Counted from the first letter of the stretch, positions 1 through 10,901 are shown. The stretch is DNA of 64,000 bases from an uncultured delta proteobacterium (GCA_963817385.1 CAWFOM010000010.1:192001-256000), one strand, 5' to 3'. Program-made: numbers and translations. Notes: generated from the sequence alone by a model not told the origin.

Positions 1-1568
1 TCGGTTGAGCCCGTATTTGTATATATTCTAACTCTATAATTTCTTCTGCCAAGCAGTTCTCTCTCTTCTATTGATGAACCTTCGAACTGGTATGCTATAA
101 ATGATTGCCAGTGTTCCGCGTCATATAGTAACTTTTGAGACATGGATGGTTGATAAGCAGTATATTCATTTGAAATAGGATAATAAAAACAGAAATTTAT
201 CAAAACAAAATCATTTTCAGTATAAATAGTCGGATATGAAAGATTACTTTTTTTATAAATATGCCCCGGTTTTGAAATCTTAAATAGAGGTGGTGATTCG
301 TTTATCAAATTTGAGGATTCAGTATTATTAATCTTAATTTTTTGCTTATATAAAACATCACCTGGATAAGCCAATGATAAATATTCGGATGAAAAATTGA
401 TAAAAGAAATAAAAGAGACGAGAATTAATACAATAAAAAACACTTTTTGATGTTTTATATTAATGATTTCAACAATAAATGCAATTGTTGCCCATACGAA
501 AAAAGGATAAAACAGATGCAGAAAGCGGCCATAAAACATCAATTTATGAAATATAACGGTCATTAAGCCATGAAATAATATTTCGATGAAAACAATTAAA
601 ATTAAAATCTTAATAGGATTATCCGTTAAAGTGACGGTTTTATTTTTAATACCATCGTAAATAACTTTTATCAAATATGAAACAGTAAAAATCAGTATTA
701 CGTAACCTATTAACCCTTCGACTTGTATTAAATATTTTGGTAAAAATGTAAACCCTTCTTCAAACGAACCTTGATTTTGGGAAATTGATTGAATAAAAAG
801 TAATTTTAAAAAAGAAAGTCCACCGATGCGGGCAATAATCTCGTAAATAAATAAAACACTTACAGTTGATAATATCAAAACGAGAAGTTGCGTAATATTT
901 TTGTTTCTGTGAAAATTATTTTGATTTGCAAATAAAAGCATTAAGAATATGAACGGGGGGACAACATAACTGCCGTCCCATGTGACAAAACTGAATCCTG
1001 CCAGTAATCCGACAATGATGATATTATTTACTGATAAGTGTGATTTCTTCTTAATGTTCTTTAAAAGATAATAAATAATTATCATAAAAAACAATAGGGA
1101 ATCATTGTAGGGCAGAATATGACGAATATACATATTGGTGTTTACCAAAAGTGAGTAAACAACAGTGCTTAAAATTGCTTGCAAAAATTTCTGATTAAAT
1201 AAAATGAGTGAAATATTATAGAAAATAATAAGTATTACTATCGAAATAATAACATTGAAAATTGTTTCAATTAAAAGTGATCGCGGATCATCATATTCAA
1301 TTGCAAAATATTTCTGCAATATTCTTTGTCCTAATGCCGGCATAAATCGAATAGTAGCTTCACCGGGCCGACCAAAAGTGGCTGAAATGGAATTACAAAA
1401 ATCTTTTACATCACCATTAAATAAATAACTTAATGCTGATACAGAATTGTAATGTATTTCTTCATCGGGAAATGAAACAGCTCCTCTGTCAATCAATACA
1501 AGACGATATATTCCAATAAAGGCAACAAATATTAAAAAAATATATGTTTTATAATTTATGGCTTTCAT
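1..1568 (-). CDS. Polytopic membrane protein, probable GT-C fold (PMT/ArnT-like) glycosyltransferase; runs off window start
   Basis: Not in the ORF track because no stop is reached inside the window. Manual translation from ATG 1568: MKAINYKTYIFLIFVAFIGIYRLVLIDRGAVSFPDEEIHY..., with an acidic DE motif after TM1, many hydrophobic helices and a later FYGRFLHLFYPF motif. Very AT-rich. Confidence 0.7.
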   Translation of the reverse strand, partial: MKAINYKTYIFLIFVAFIGIYRLVLIDRGAVSFPDEEIHYNSVSALSYLFNGDVKDFCNSISATFGRPGEATIRFMPALGQRILQKYFAIEYDDPRSLLIETIFNVIISIVILIIFYNISLILFNQKFLQAILSTVVYSLLVNTNMYIRHILPYNDSLLFFMIIIYYLLKNIKKKSHLSVNNIIIVGLLAGFSFVTWDGSYVVPPFIFLMLLFANQNNFHRNKNITQLLVLILSTVSVLFIYEIIARIGGLSFLKLLFIQSISQNQGSFEEGFTFLPKYLIQVEGLIGYVILIFTVSYLIKVIYDGIKNKTVTLTDNPIKILILIVFIEILFHGLMTVIFHKLMFYGRFLHLFYPFFVWATIAFIVEIINIKHQKVFFIVLILVSFISFINFSSEYLSLAYPGDVLYKQKIKINNTESSNLINESPPLFKISKPGHIYKKSNLSYPTIYTENDFVLINFCFYYPISNEYTAYQPSMSQKLLYDAEHWQSFIAYQFEGSSIEERELLGRRNYRVRIYTNTGST

Positions 1569-1615
1569 GGTTGCTTATTTTTGAGCCACCTGTTTGAGAA
1601 GCGTTAGTATTTGTT

Positions 1616-3046
1616 TCAAGGTGACGCCACTCCTGCCAATTGAGTCCAGCGGAGCACACTCTGCCACCAGTTCTCGCGTGCATCGCTCCCGGCTATGTGT
1701 GCGGCCAGTCGCATACCCATTTCTACATTTTCGTCCATACTGTTGTTCAAAAAAAGACCATGGCGTCCGATAGTATAAAAGTTCGGCACCTGATGCAGTT
1801 CGCTCAACAGGGCACACAATACCCGTTCAAACCCCAACCGGTAGATTGGGTAAGCGTATCGGATGCGCGTAACGAATTGTTCTTCCACGTTTTCCGGTTG
1901 CAAAATACCCATCTGCACCAGGTCTTTGACTGCCATCATGCCCAGATCCGCATCGGTCGCTCGCCAGAGATTGTCTTCGTAGCGGCAACTGGCCTCGACG
2001 CACAACACTGTCTTGTCTTCGGGTAGCAGGTCCGGGCTGACGTTCTTCTGCTCAGAAAAACGATTACACTTGAACTTGGGCTCGATCAGGTAACACCAGT
2101 GATAATCGGTTACGCGGGGACAGTTGATCACCAGGTAGACCAATATCAAGCTGCAATAATCCAGTTTTTCTGCCATCTCCAGAGTCGTCGGCGAGAGCAC
2201 CGGAGCAAGCATCGGCGTGACAACCGACAGAGGCAACGTGGAGACGAGTCCCTGGCAGAAGATGACGCGTTCCTTGCCAGCGTGCTCGTAGGCCACAGAA
2301 CGCACCTTTTGCCCATCGGTCTCGATGCGCGTGGCTGTGGCGTTGACGTGAACCTTTCCGCCGGATGCCAGTACCTCCTCGGCCATGCGTTGGTATAGAT
2401 TACCTATCCCGTCGTGGGGATAGAAATATTGGATGAAGTACGTCTCCGGGTCGGCCGTGAACTTGAGCATACGGAGAATGATGTTCTTCAGATTCAACTT
2501 AGCCACGCGGTGCGCCTGGCGCGAAGAAACTTGCGACATAGAAATACCCCAAACCTTTTCGGAATAGAGTCCGAAAAAGGTATTATAAAGCGTGCGCCCC
2601 AGGTTGCGCACCCCCCAATCTTCGAACGAGTCCTCCTGTTTTGCCGGGTTAAGGGCGTAGCGCAGTGCGGCATAAATGTAATCCCATCCAATCCGCAGCC
2701 CTAACCCTATGCTGACCTTGCGCACTGTCTCGGATATCTCAGGCGGGTAGACGAAGTACTTACCCTTCAGGAACAGGCGTGTGCCCCGGTCGAGCAGACG
2801 GTATTGACCATTGAGCAAGGACTGCACCTCGGACACGACCCGGCGGCTGGACTCCGTCTCGCGGATGTGGAACGTGTGCGGGCCGTAGTCGTAGCGCAGA
2901 CCAGCGCGATGAGAAATTGTCTTCGCCAGGCCACCGACCACTCTGTCCTGTTCAATAACCTCGACCGGGATGCCGCGTTTAGCCAGTTGCCAGGCCGCCG
3001 ATATGCCGGCAGGGCCTGCTCCAATCACGACTACGGGTTCAACCAT
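1616..3046 (-). CDS. FAD-dependent oxidoreductase (protoporphyrinogen oxidase/UDP-galactopyranose mutase-like, glycan-cluster type)
   Basis: VVVIGAGPAG Rossmann motif, GGLAKT, YDYGPHTFH, C-terminal GRHGLF..NSMD. Confidence 0.85.
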   Translation of the reverse strand: MVEPVVVIGAGPAGISAAWQLAKRGIPVEVIEQDRVVGGLAKTISHRAGLRYDYGPHTFHIRETESSRRVVSEVQSLLNGQYRLLDRGTRLFLKGKYFVYPPEISETVRKVSIGLGLRIGWDYIYAALRYALNPAKQEDSFEDWGVRNLGRTLYNTFFGLYSEKVWGISMSQVSSRQAHRVAKLNLKNIILRMLKFTADPETYFIQYFYPHDGIGNLYQRMAEEVLASGGKVHVNATATRIETDGQKVRSVAYEHAGKERVIFCQGLVSTLPLSVVTPMLAPVLSPTTLEMAEKLDYCSLILVYLVINCPRVTDYHWCYLIEPKFKCNRFSEQKNVSPDLLPEDKTVLCVEASCRYEDNLWRATDADLGMMAVKDLVQMGILQPENVEEQFVTRIRYAYPIYRLGFERVLCALLSELHQVPNFYTIGRHGLFLNNSMDENVEMGMRLAAHIAGSDARENWWQSVLRWTQLAGVASP

Positions 3047-3987
3047 GGGGGGCTTCCTCTCTGCGTCTTAAAAATTCGGCGAACCGGTGAAGCCCTTCCT
3101 CCAGAGGTATTTGGGGCCGGAAACGGAAACCATTGTGCCATCGCCTCCTTCGAAGCAGAGAAGTTGATGTATTCTGGCACTTGCCCGGTGTGGTCGATTT
3201 CGAGCTCCGCCAGGCCGAAGGTACGGGCGGCAATCTCCACCAGCTCGTTAATCGTTAGTGGCGATCCGCTGCAAAAGTCTACTGTGAGGTTCCATTGGTC
3301 ACTTTCCAGAACGGTCAGGACACCACGGATCGCATCCTCCACGTACATTGCGTCAATGTAGTTGCGTCCGTCACCCCGGACGGTGAACTGTGGTACGCGC
3401 TCAAAAGCAAAGCGACGCACCAGCCGGGTATAGAGCTTGCGCGGGGGTTCATAAGGACCGTAAGCGCCGAAGAAACGCAGATTGACGTACTGCCCAACCC
3501 GTCCCCGGTGCGTAAACGCCTGCGCATAATGCTCGCAGGCCAAGTTGGAAATTGCATAGGGCAGTCGGGGAGAAACAGTTACAACCGGAGAAACGGGGCC
3601 TGACAGTCCATCGTAAACCGCCCCCGAGGAAAAATAAATCAACCTGTCGATCTCAAAGTGGCTCAGGAAATGCAGAAACGTGACCACGGTGGCTTGCAAG
3701 TCAAGGAAGGGGTGCTCGACGGAGTATGCCGGGTCTCCATTGGCGGCCAGGAAGACGCAGGCATCGAACCGCGTCCCCACCCGGCGAGCCAACTCACGCA
3801 CCGCCTCCTCATTGGTCAAGTCACAGCCGACGGCGGTGACTTGCGGCAGGTTTTTCTGTTTGACCCATGTTGGAAAATCACGGCTGTTGTGGTACACAGC
3901 GACCACTTCCCAATCGATCGGGGTAGCCAGGATCAGATTGCGTCCTATGAAGCCAGAGGCGCCGGGAACAATCAGGCGTAGCGTCAT
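3039..3987 (-). CDS. NAD-dependent epimerase/dehydratase, with an apparent 1-nt frameshift near 3125
   Basis: Starts [15 protein letters not shown] at ATG 3987 (ATGA overlap with upstream stop); SSGAVY, YAISN, LRFFGAYGP. The natural C-terminus FRPQIPLEEGLHRFAEFL lies in another frame (3039..3233) whose stop overlaps the next start. Confidence 0.8.
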
Positions 3988-4940
3988 TCTTGATGTTCCC
4001 CGTACCAGGCGATTGTCCGTGATAGCCCTTCTTCCAGGCCGACAATCGGTTCGTACCCCAGACGTTGCCTCGCTTTTTGGATCGAGGGTACGCGTACCTG
4101 CACGTCGGGCATGGTCGCCTCGGCGAACTGTATGTGCGTATGATTGCCTGTCAACCTGACGATGTGCTCCGCCAGCCCCAGGATCGAGGTCGTCTGCTTG
4201 GGATCGCCGATGTTGAATACCTGACCGACCGCTTCCTCTTTTTCCAAAGCCAGTAGAACGCCATCGATAAAGTCGTCGATGTAACACCAGGCGCGGATCT
4301 GATTGCCATCGCCGTAGACGGTCAGGGGGATTCTCTGCATGGCCGCCACGATGAAGCGGTGGATTGCTCCTTCACCCACCTGCCGAGGGCCATAGATGTT
4401 GAATGGCCTGATCGTAACCACAGGCAGGCCATATTCTTCGTAATAGCAGTGCGTCAGGTGCTCGGCAGCCAACTTGCTGACCGCGTAAGCCCAGCGCATC
4501 TCGCCGACTGGTCCCTGGGTGGTCAGGCCATTCTCGTCGGCGCGGTAGACGTAAGGACCGTACACCTCGCTGGTTGAAAAATCTATGAAGCGCGTCACTC
4601 CACCAATCGCGATTGCTGTATCCAGGACATTCTTGGTACCCATCAAGTTGACGTTCATCGTGACGATAGGCCTTTTGATGACGGTATCAATGCCGGCAAT
4701 GGCTGCCAAGTGTACGACGATCTGACAGCCAGCTGTAGCCCGCTGCAACTCAGCCACGTCCAGAACATCCCCTTTGAGAAAAGTGACGTTAGGCATATCC
4801 AATAACTGGGTGAAGCGGATGGCATTGCGATGCCCATTGTCGTAGAGCACGATCCGGTTATGCGGCGCCAATCGCTCGCACAGGTGCGATCCGATAAACC
4901 CGCCTCCCCCTGTGATCAAGATCTGTTTACCTTGAATCAA
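3984..4940 (-). CDS. NAD-dependent nucleotide-sugar epimerase/dehydratase (UDP-glucose 4-epimerase/UDP-GlcA decarboxylase-like)
   Basis: [23 protein letters not shown] (YxxxK), [11 protein letters not shown] start with GGAGG RBS. Confidence 0.9.
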   Translation of the reverse strand: MIQGKQILITGGGGFIGSHLCERLAPHNRIVLYDNGHRNAIRFTQLLDMPNVTFLKGDVLDVAELQRATAGCQIVVHLAAIAGIDTVIKRPIVTMNVNLMGTKNVLDTAIAIGGVTRFIDFSTSEVYGPYVYRADENGLTTQGPVGEMRWAYAVSKLAAEHLTHCYYEEYGLPVVTIRPFNIYGPRQVGEGAIHRFIVAAMQRIPLTVYGDGNQIRAWCYIDDFIDGVLLALEKEEAVGQVFNIGDPKQTTSILGLAEHIVRLTGNHTHIQFAEATMPDVQVRVPSIQKARQRLGYEPIVGLEEGLSRTIAWYGEHQE

Positions 4941-5561
4941 ATCGAACCTCCGCCTTCAATCTTCAATATTTCTTGATTGAGCATAGAATGATTAAAGGTG
5001 TTTCCACAAATAATCGTGCAGTTCGCACCCAACGTTGCACCCTTCTTAACGAGAGTCGCCCTGGTCTCGGACACGCGCCGGATGTGGGCGCGGGGGTTAA
5101 AGACGTTCGTAAAAAACTATGCTCGGTCCGCAGAAGACGTTGTCTTCCAGAGTGACGCCTTTATAGATGGAAACATTATTTAGAATCTTGCATCCCTTTC
5201 CGATGGTGACGCCCGGTCCGATGACCACATTTTGGTCGATGTTGCAGTATTCTCCAATTGCGCAGCCCCTGAGTATGTGAGAGAAATGCCAGATCCGGGA
5301 GCCGTTTCCAATCGTAACGTCGTCATCAATCCTTGACGTTTCATGGACAAAGTATGGCGACTGATCTGCGGATTCCGGTAATCCGGCTGCTAGTCTTTTC
5401 AGGTAGACAGCCTTGCTGCTATTTTCAAGTGACTGCTGCGCTGCATGAAGGACCTGCTGGACCCGCAGACCTTCCTGTCCGTCCGTTACCGGGTTTTGTC
5501 CCGTCTGGATACAATGCAGGAACTGTCTGCATTCGGCATTCAACGGTTCTTCCTGCGCCAA
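4937..5561 (-). pseudogene. Remnant of Gfo/Idh/MocA oxidoreductase-WbpD-type N-acetyltransferase fusion
   Basis: EPLNAECRQFLHCI..P.TDG.EG.RV (Gfo/Idh/MocA C-terminus) followed by hexapeptide repeats IWHFSHIL..VFCGPS. Frameshift at an A6 run near 5111, continues [21 protein letters not shown], then truncated. The Rossmann domain is missing. Confidence 0.75.
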
Positions 5562-6066
5562 TGACGGCTATATTGGGAGTTATCAGTTGAGGAATCACTG
5601 TCATGTATTATAAAAGCACGCAATAAAAATGCGCAGACTTCAAAGTCCGTCGCGTCGGTTGAATTTTTTCCAATAGCCAACCGAATATCCGGGTGCTTAC
5701 CTAGGAAACACGTTATGTTGCTTTCCTGATTATGTCAATAGCAATGTAAGCATAGCAATGTAAGCATCCGTAAGCGTCAGGAGGTATGTCTGCGCCGGGG
5801 TTGCTTTCAGCGTCGTTTACTTTTTACAGATGATTTTGCCTTTGCGCAGATAAAAGGTTGCCGGTCGGGCAATATTTTGCTACACGTCATCACGGCAGAT
5901 GATATGCAGGAATGCTACCAGCGCCTTTCCCGTAAACACGGTGTCGGGGAAACCAGAAATTTAGGGAAGGAATGAGAAACCGAGCAGATCGAGTTGATCA
6001 TTCCAAAATAACCTTTTCCGGTTTCCCAAAGTAAGGGAAAACCGAGGGAATCGATGAATGAAATGA

Positions 6067-6252
6067 GATAGTCCCAGTCAGCACGCTCGAGAAGAGCTGC
6101 TGGTTTCTCTTGTACTGTGCGTTCTCGTATTGGCCTGCTACTGACCGGTCCACGACTTTGGATTCGTCGACTACGACGACCAGCTCTACGTCACGGAGAA
6201 TCCCCGGGTCAAGATGGGGCTCACGATGGAGGGGCTTTCGTTGGCGTCCTCC
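6067..6252 (+). pseudogene. N-terminal fragment of TMTC-like/TPR-associated GT-C membrane protein with in-frame stop
   Basis: Manual translation ELLVSLVLCVLVLACY*PVHDFGFVDYDDQLYVTENPRVKMGLTMEG; TGA at the expected Trp, then truncation. Confidence 0.6.
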
Positions 6253-6314
6253 AGGGAAGATCATCGAAAAAAAGGGCTTGATCGCGGAAAGCATTGGAGG
6301 AGATCAGAAGATTC

Positions 6315-7067
6315 ATGTACAGGGACCATAAAATCATTGTCGTCATGCCGGCCTACAATGCGGCAAAGACCCTCCGGAAGACCTACGACGAGGTCATGGA
6401 ACAAGGCATCGTGGATCTGGTGATACTCGTGGATGACGCGAGCCGGGATGAAACCTCGGCCATCGCGTCCGGCCTGCCCCATACGAGGATGTTTGTCCAT
6501 GAACGGAACAAAGGTTACGGCGGCAATCAGAAGACCTGCTACCGCATGGCCCTGAAGGCGGGGGCGGATATCATCATCATGGTCCATCCCGACTATCAGT
6601 ACACGCCCAAGCTGATTCCGGCGATGGCCGCTATGATCGGAAACGACCTATACCCCTGCGTCCTCGGATCGCGGATCCTGGGAGGATACGCTTTGAAGGG
6701 GGGCATGCCGGTCTGGAAGTACATCGCCAATCGGTTTCTTACGCTAGCCGAAAACATACTGCTGGGTGCGAAGCTCTCCGAGTATCACACCGGATACCGC
6801 GCCTTCTCCCGGGAGCTGCTGGAACGCCTTGCCCTCGACGGTAATTCGGACGATTACCTCTTCGACAACCAAATGCTCGCGCAAATTATCTGGCAGGGTT
6901 ACACGATCGCCGAGGTGAGTTGCCCGACAAAATATTTTATGGAGGCCTCCTCGATCAGCCTCCGGCGCAGCATCCGCTATGGACTGGGCTGTCTCTGGAC
7001 AGCGCTGACCTTTCGTCTGGCCAGAATTGGGATAATCCGTTCCAGGCTATTTCCGGTGACCGAATGA
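6315..7067 (+). CDS. Glycosyltransferase family 2 (polyprenol-phosphate glycosyltransferase/DPM1-like)
   Basis: VVMPAYNAA, LVDDASRD, NKGYGG, HPDYQY, GSRILG, HTGYRAFS; GGAGG RBS before ATG 6315. Confidence 0.9.
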   Translation: MYRDHKIIVVMPAYNAAKTLRKTYDEVMEQGIVDLVILVDDASRDETSAIASGLPHTRMFVHERNKGYGGNQKTCYRMALKAGADIIIMVHPDYQYTPKLIPAMAAMIGNDLYPCVLGSRILGGYALKGGMPVWKYIANRFLTLAENILLGAKLSEYHTGYRAFSRELLERLALDGNSDDYLFDNQMLAQIIWQGYTIAEVSCPTKYFMEASSISLRRSIRYGLGCLWTALTFRLARIGIIRSRLFPVTE

Positions 7068-7831
7068 CCCCTTCCTGCGGCAACCGTTTTGAGGATTTCT
7101 TTGCGGACAACGCCTATGTTTCATTGAAGAATCTTCTCTATAACTATCTCTTGCGGAAACGGGCGGTCTTAAATTGTATGCAGGGAAGGGAGGGGGGGCT
7201 TATCTTGGAGGTTGGAAGTGGTCTGTCGCCAATGGCGACAAACACAGATGACGTTGTTTTTTCCGAGCTCTCCTTTCCGGCACTCCGGACTCTTATAAAA
7301 TGCCGAAGAAAGGGTTGCTTTGTAACTGCAGATGCCATGCACTTGCCCTTCAAATCAGAATCCTTTTCTTGGGTCATATGCTCGGAAGTCCTGGAACATC
7401 TTCAAGACGATCGGTCTGCCCTCATGGAGATAGCTGCGGTTATGAAACAAGGAGGGAGCCTGATTCTGACATTTCCCCACCGGCGCTGCTATTTTGCTTG
7501 TGATGACCGCTATGTGAACCATTTGCGTCGATTTGAGCTAAGTGAGATGGAAGATCGACTGAGGGAAGCTGGATTGAATCCTGTGGCAGTACAAAAAGTT
7601 CTCGGACCTCTGGAAAAAATTACGATGTTCCTTGTTATCTCAGCGATAACCCTTATGCAACGGTTTAGACACGTGCAAAGTGATGCAGCAATCCCACCCT
7701 GGATGTGGAAGATCATTATACCGCTTTTTAAGTGGACCAATTATCTCTTCTCCCTGCCGATCTGGCTTGACGCACAGATCGCGCCACGTTTTCTCTCATC
7801 GGTTCTTCTCATTAGATCGGTTAAATTGTAA
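7064..7831 (+). CDS. Class I SAM-dependent methyltransferase
   Basis: ILEVGSG, DAMHLPF, CSEVLEH; ATGA overlap with the GT2 stop. Confidence 0.85.
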   Translation: MTPSCGNRFEDFFADNAYVSLKNLLYNYLLRKRAVLNCMQGREGGLILEVGSGLSPMATNTDDVVFSELSFPALRTLIKCRRKGCFVTADAMHLPFKSESFSWVICSEVLEHLQDDRSALMEIAAVMKQGGSLILTFPHRRCYFACDDRYVNHLRRFELSEMEDRLREAGLNPVAVQKVLGPLEKITMFLVISAITLMQRFRHVQSDAAIPPWMWKIIIPLFKWTNYLFSLPIWLDAQIAPRFLSSVLLIRSVKL

Positions 7832-7941
7832 CAACTGAAAGGAATTATCAGCCCGGGCATGATGGAGATAAGTCCGCCTCTTTATTATTTCCCGGAGGTT
7901 ACATGACGCAGGAGTGGGATAAAACCGACGAGAAATATCTC

Positions 7942-8009
7942 TTGACAGTCGATAAATAATAAGATAGCAATCTAATCATGACCATCAGTCATATATTGAC
8001 CGTTGTTCA
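7942..8009 (+). promoter_or_regulatory. sigma70 promoter with two downstream TGAC-N5-(G/T)TCA inverted repeats (candidate TetR operators)
   Basis: TTGACA 7942-7947, 17 bp spacer, TAGCAA; ATGAC-catca-GTCAT at 7978-7992 and TGAC-cgttg-TTCA at 7997-8009. Confidence 0.55.
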
Positions 8010-8208
8010 GAGTCTGTTTGCCGATCATACATCTTGCAATTACAAACCGCAGTGGACAGGCCCTGCGTAACTGGAACCGAGCTCATCTCATTTCTATGAT
8101 CCCTGCGGATATGCTACAGCAGGTTGAGGTCGTTGTGGCAGTCATTGGAGGACCGGTTATACGGGTACGTGAAATAAGACGATTCATTTGCACAGAAGGA
8201 CTTAAATT

Positions 8209-8850
8209 GTGGGATTGAAAGAAAGAAGGAAAAGGGAAAAGGATAACAGGAGAAATGCCATCCTGAAGGCAGCTCGACGCCTTTTTTTTGAGAAAGGCTT
8301 CAAGTCGGTTACCGTCGAGAGCATAGCCAGAAAAGCTGAGCTGAGCAAAGGTTCGATTTACCTTTATTTCAACAGCAAGGAGGAAATTTATACCCAAATA
8401 CTACTCACCGATATCGAAAGATTCCACGAACATTTTACCGATCTGCTCAAGGACTCTGCTAGCGCGTCCGATGCCCTCATCCGATTTGCCAGAATCTATG
8501 TTGATTTATTTCTGAACGATCGAGAACTGTTCAGGATATTGATGACCTTCATGCTTCATACCAACGATATGAACCTACCGGAAGAGTTGAACAATCATAT
8601 CATCAAGAGTACCAACAGAAACATCAGCATCATCGAAGAGGTATTCATGTTCGGCATTCGACAGGGTGAATTCCCCCCGACGATCAATGTCCGCCTGAAT
8701 CGGAATGCCATCTGGGGGTTGCTCAACGGTATCATTTCCCTTCATCTCTTTACGGGCATCGAATCCAAGCGGGTTGAGGCAATTCAAAACACCTTAAAGG
8801 TGGGACTTGATATCTACATCCGGGGTCTTAAAATTTCCGATCAACCGTGA
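8209..8850 (+). CDS. TetR/AcrR family transcriptional regulator
   Basis: ILKAARRLFFEKGFKSVTVESIARKAELSKGSIYLYFNSKEEI HTH. Confidence 0.92.
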   Translation: MGLKERRKREKDNRRNAILKAARRLFFEKGFKSVTVESIARKAELSKGSIYLYFNSKEEIYTQILLTDIERFHEHFTDLLKDSASASDALIRFARIYVDLFLNDRELFRILMTFMLHTNDMNLPEELNNHIIKSTNRNISIIEEVFMFGIRQGEFPPTINVRLNRNAIWGLLNGIISLHLFTGIESKRVEAIQNTLKVGLDIYIRGLKISDQP

Positions 8851-9041
8851 TGATATCCCGGGATGGATTAAACAGGGAAGATTCCGGTTCATTGTGTGGT
8901 ACATAAATTCATATTCAGCATCGAGTCTCCACAGGAATCATTTCAACCTCCGACATGAATGACACCCATCATCGTGCCACGGGAAGAATGTAGGTTTCTT
9001 GAACATGTATCTTCGACAAAAAAAGAAAGGGGGGTTACGCT

Positions 9042-10901
9042 ATGAGCAACTTGTTGGTGAACGAAAGAGACCAGGAGTTCCTTCTTTTTGAGCAACTTGG
9101 GATCGAGAAGTTGTTTCAGATGGAGCCGTTCAAGGATTTTTCCAAAGATGATGCCTTGATGATGATGAATGAGGCAAAGAAGATGGCGGTCAATGTTATC
9201 CTCCCCACCTATGCTGCCGGCGACAAGGAAGGATGCACGTTGAAGGATGGAAAAGTCACCGTACCGAAATGCTATCACAATGCTTATAAGAAATATGTTG
9301 AGGCCGGTTGGCTCTGTCCCACGGCGTCGCCTGAAGTCGGCGGTCAGGGGATACCGGTCGTTATGGCAACGGCGAACCTGGAACAGTGTCACGCAGCCAA
9401 TTTCGCCTTACTGATGTATCCCGGGCTCACCCACGGGGCAGCAACCTTGATCGAGCATTTCGGGACAGAGGAACTGAAGAATAAATACATGTACAAGATG
9501 TTTGCCGGTCAGTGGACGGGGACGATGTGCCTGACCGAACCCGGTGCAGGGAGCGATGTCGGGGCGTTGAAGACATCGGCCAAAAGACTACCCGACGGAA
9601 ACTTCAGCATCACCGGATCAAAATGCTTCATATCCTGTGGGGACCATGATCTTGCCGAAAACATCATCCATCCTGTCTTGGCCAGGATCGAGGGAGATCC
9701 TCCGGGGACCGGGGGGATCTCAATTTTCATCGTGCCTAAGTATCGAGTTAAAACTGACGGCAGTATCGGGGACGCGAATGACGTTCATACCGGCAATATC
9801 GAACACAAGATGGGAATCAAGGGATCGGCTACCTGCACGCTCAATTTCGGTGACGAGGGGAAATGCATCGGCGAACTCCTCGGCAAAGAGCGGGAGGGTA
9901 TGAGGATCATGTTCCTCATGATGAACGGTGCCCGTCTCGATGTTGGCATGCAGGGCCTTGGTCATGCATCGGCCGCGCTGGAGCATGCCATTGCCTACGC
10001 GAAGGAGAGGATTCAGAGCGTGCCGGTCTGGGAGATGAAGAACCCCGACGCCAAGGCCGTCCCCATCATCCAGCATCCGGATGTCCGTAGGGATCTCCTC
10101 TGGATGAAGGCGCATGTCGAAGGGATCAGGGCGATGAACTACTTTGCGGCCTACTGCATGGACATGGCAAAAGCATTCCCGGCTGAATGCGAGAAATGGC
10201 AGGGACTTTTGGATCTCCTCACCCCGGTTTGCAAGGCCTATTCCTCCGACAAGGCGATGGAGATCTGTTCCAAGGCGATCGATGTCTATGGCGGTTATGG
10301 GTACTGTCAAGAATACCCAGTGGAACAATACATGCGGGATTGCAAGATTGCCTCCCTCTATGAGGGAACAAACGGCATTCAAGCCCTCGATCTGGTCGGC
10401 CGGAAGCTCGCACAGAAAAAGGGTATGAACGTTATGAACCTCTTTAGCGAGATCGGAGCGACTATTGCCAAAGCGAAGGGAATTGATGAACTTAAGCCTT
10501 ACGCATCCCGCCTCGAGGAAGCCTACAATGCCCTGGTCGATATGACCATGACACTGGCACAGCTTGGCAAGAGCTCCAGTTTCCTCATCCCGATTCTGAA
10601 TGCTTCGCCTTACCTCGATATCTTCGGGGATGTCATCGTCGGTCATTTCTTGCTCCAGTCGGCCACTCTTGCCGAGGAAAAACTCAAGGCGATCTATACT
10701 GAGAAGGGGGCTGATGACTCAAAGGGGAAGCAGCGGGCATTGATTCACGAGAACGGCGATGTCGCCTTCTATACCGGCAAGATTGCTGCGGCGAAGTTTT
10801 TTGCCGTCGAGGTGCTCTGTACGGTGAAAGCGCGATGTGAGGCGATAAAATCCGAGGAGAAGATTCCTATTGAAATGGCTGACGAATCCTTCACCTGCTG
10901 A
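9042..10901 (+). CDS. Acyl-CoA dehydrogenase (long, ~600 aa type)
   Basis: GTMCLTEPGAGSDVG, EHKMGIKGSATC, YGGYGY, YEGTNGIQALDL. Confidence 0.95.
   Translation: MSNLLVNERDQEFLLFEQLGIEKLFQMEPFKDFSKDDALMMMNEAKKMAVNVILPTYAAGDKEGCTLKDGKVTVPKCYHNAYKKYVEAGWLCPTASPEVGGQGIPVVMATANLEQCHAANFALLMYPGLTHGAATLIEHFGTEELKNKYMYKMFAGQWTGTMCLTEPGAGSDVGALKTSAKRLPDGNFSITGSKCFISCGDHDLAENIIHPVLARIEGDPPGTGGISIFIVPKYRVKTDGSIGDANDVHTGNIEHKMGIKGSATCTLNFGDEGKCIGELLGKEREGMRIMFLMMNGARLDVGMQGLGHASAALEHAIAYAKERIQSVPVWEMKNPDAKAVPIIQHPDVRRDLLWMKAHVEGIRAMNYFAAYCMDMAKAFPAECEKWQGLLDLLTPVCKAYSSDKAMEICSKAIDVYGGYGYCQEYPVEQYMRDCKIASLYEGTNGIQALDLVGRKLAQKKGMNVMNLFSEIGATIAKAKGIDELKPYASRLEEAYNALVDMTMTLAQLGKSSSFLIPILNASPYLDIFGDVIVGHFLLQSATLAEEKLKAIYTEKGADDSKGKQRALIHENGDVAFYTGKIAAAKFFAVEVLCTVKARCEAIKSEEKIPIEMADESFTC

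Noticed and set aside
3031..4287. 418-aa ORF as listed in the track
   Set aside because: The N-terminal ~100 aa overlap the upstream epimerase out of frame; the real start is 3987 and the real C-terminus is in another frame.
6142..6144. In-frame TGA as possible selenocysteine or recoding
   Set aside because: It falls at an expected Trp in a fragment that is truncated anyway; a simple TGG>TGA nonsense change is more parsimonious.
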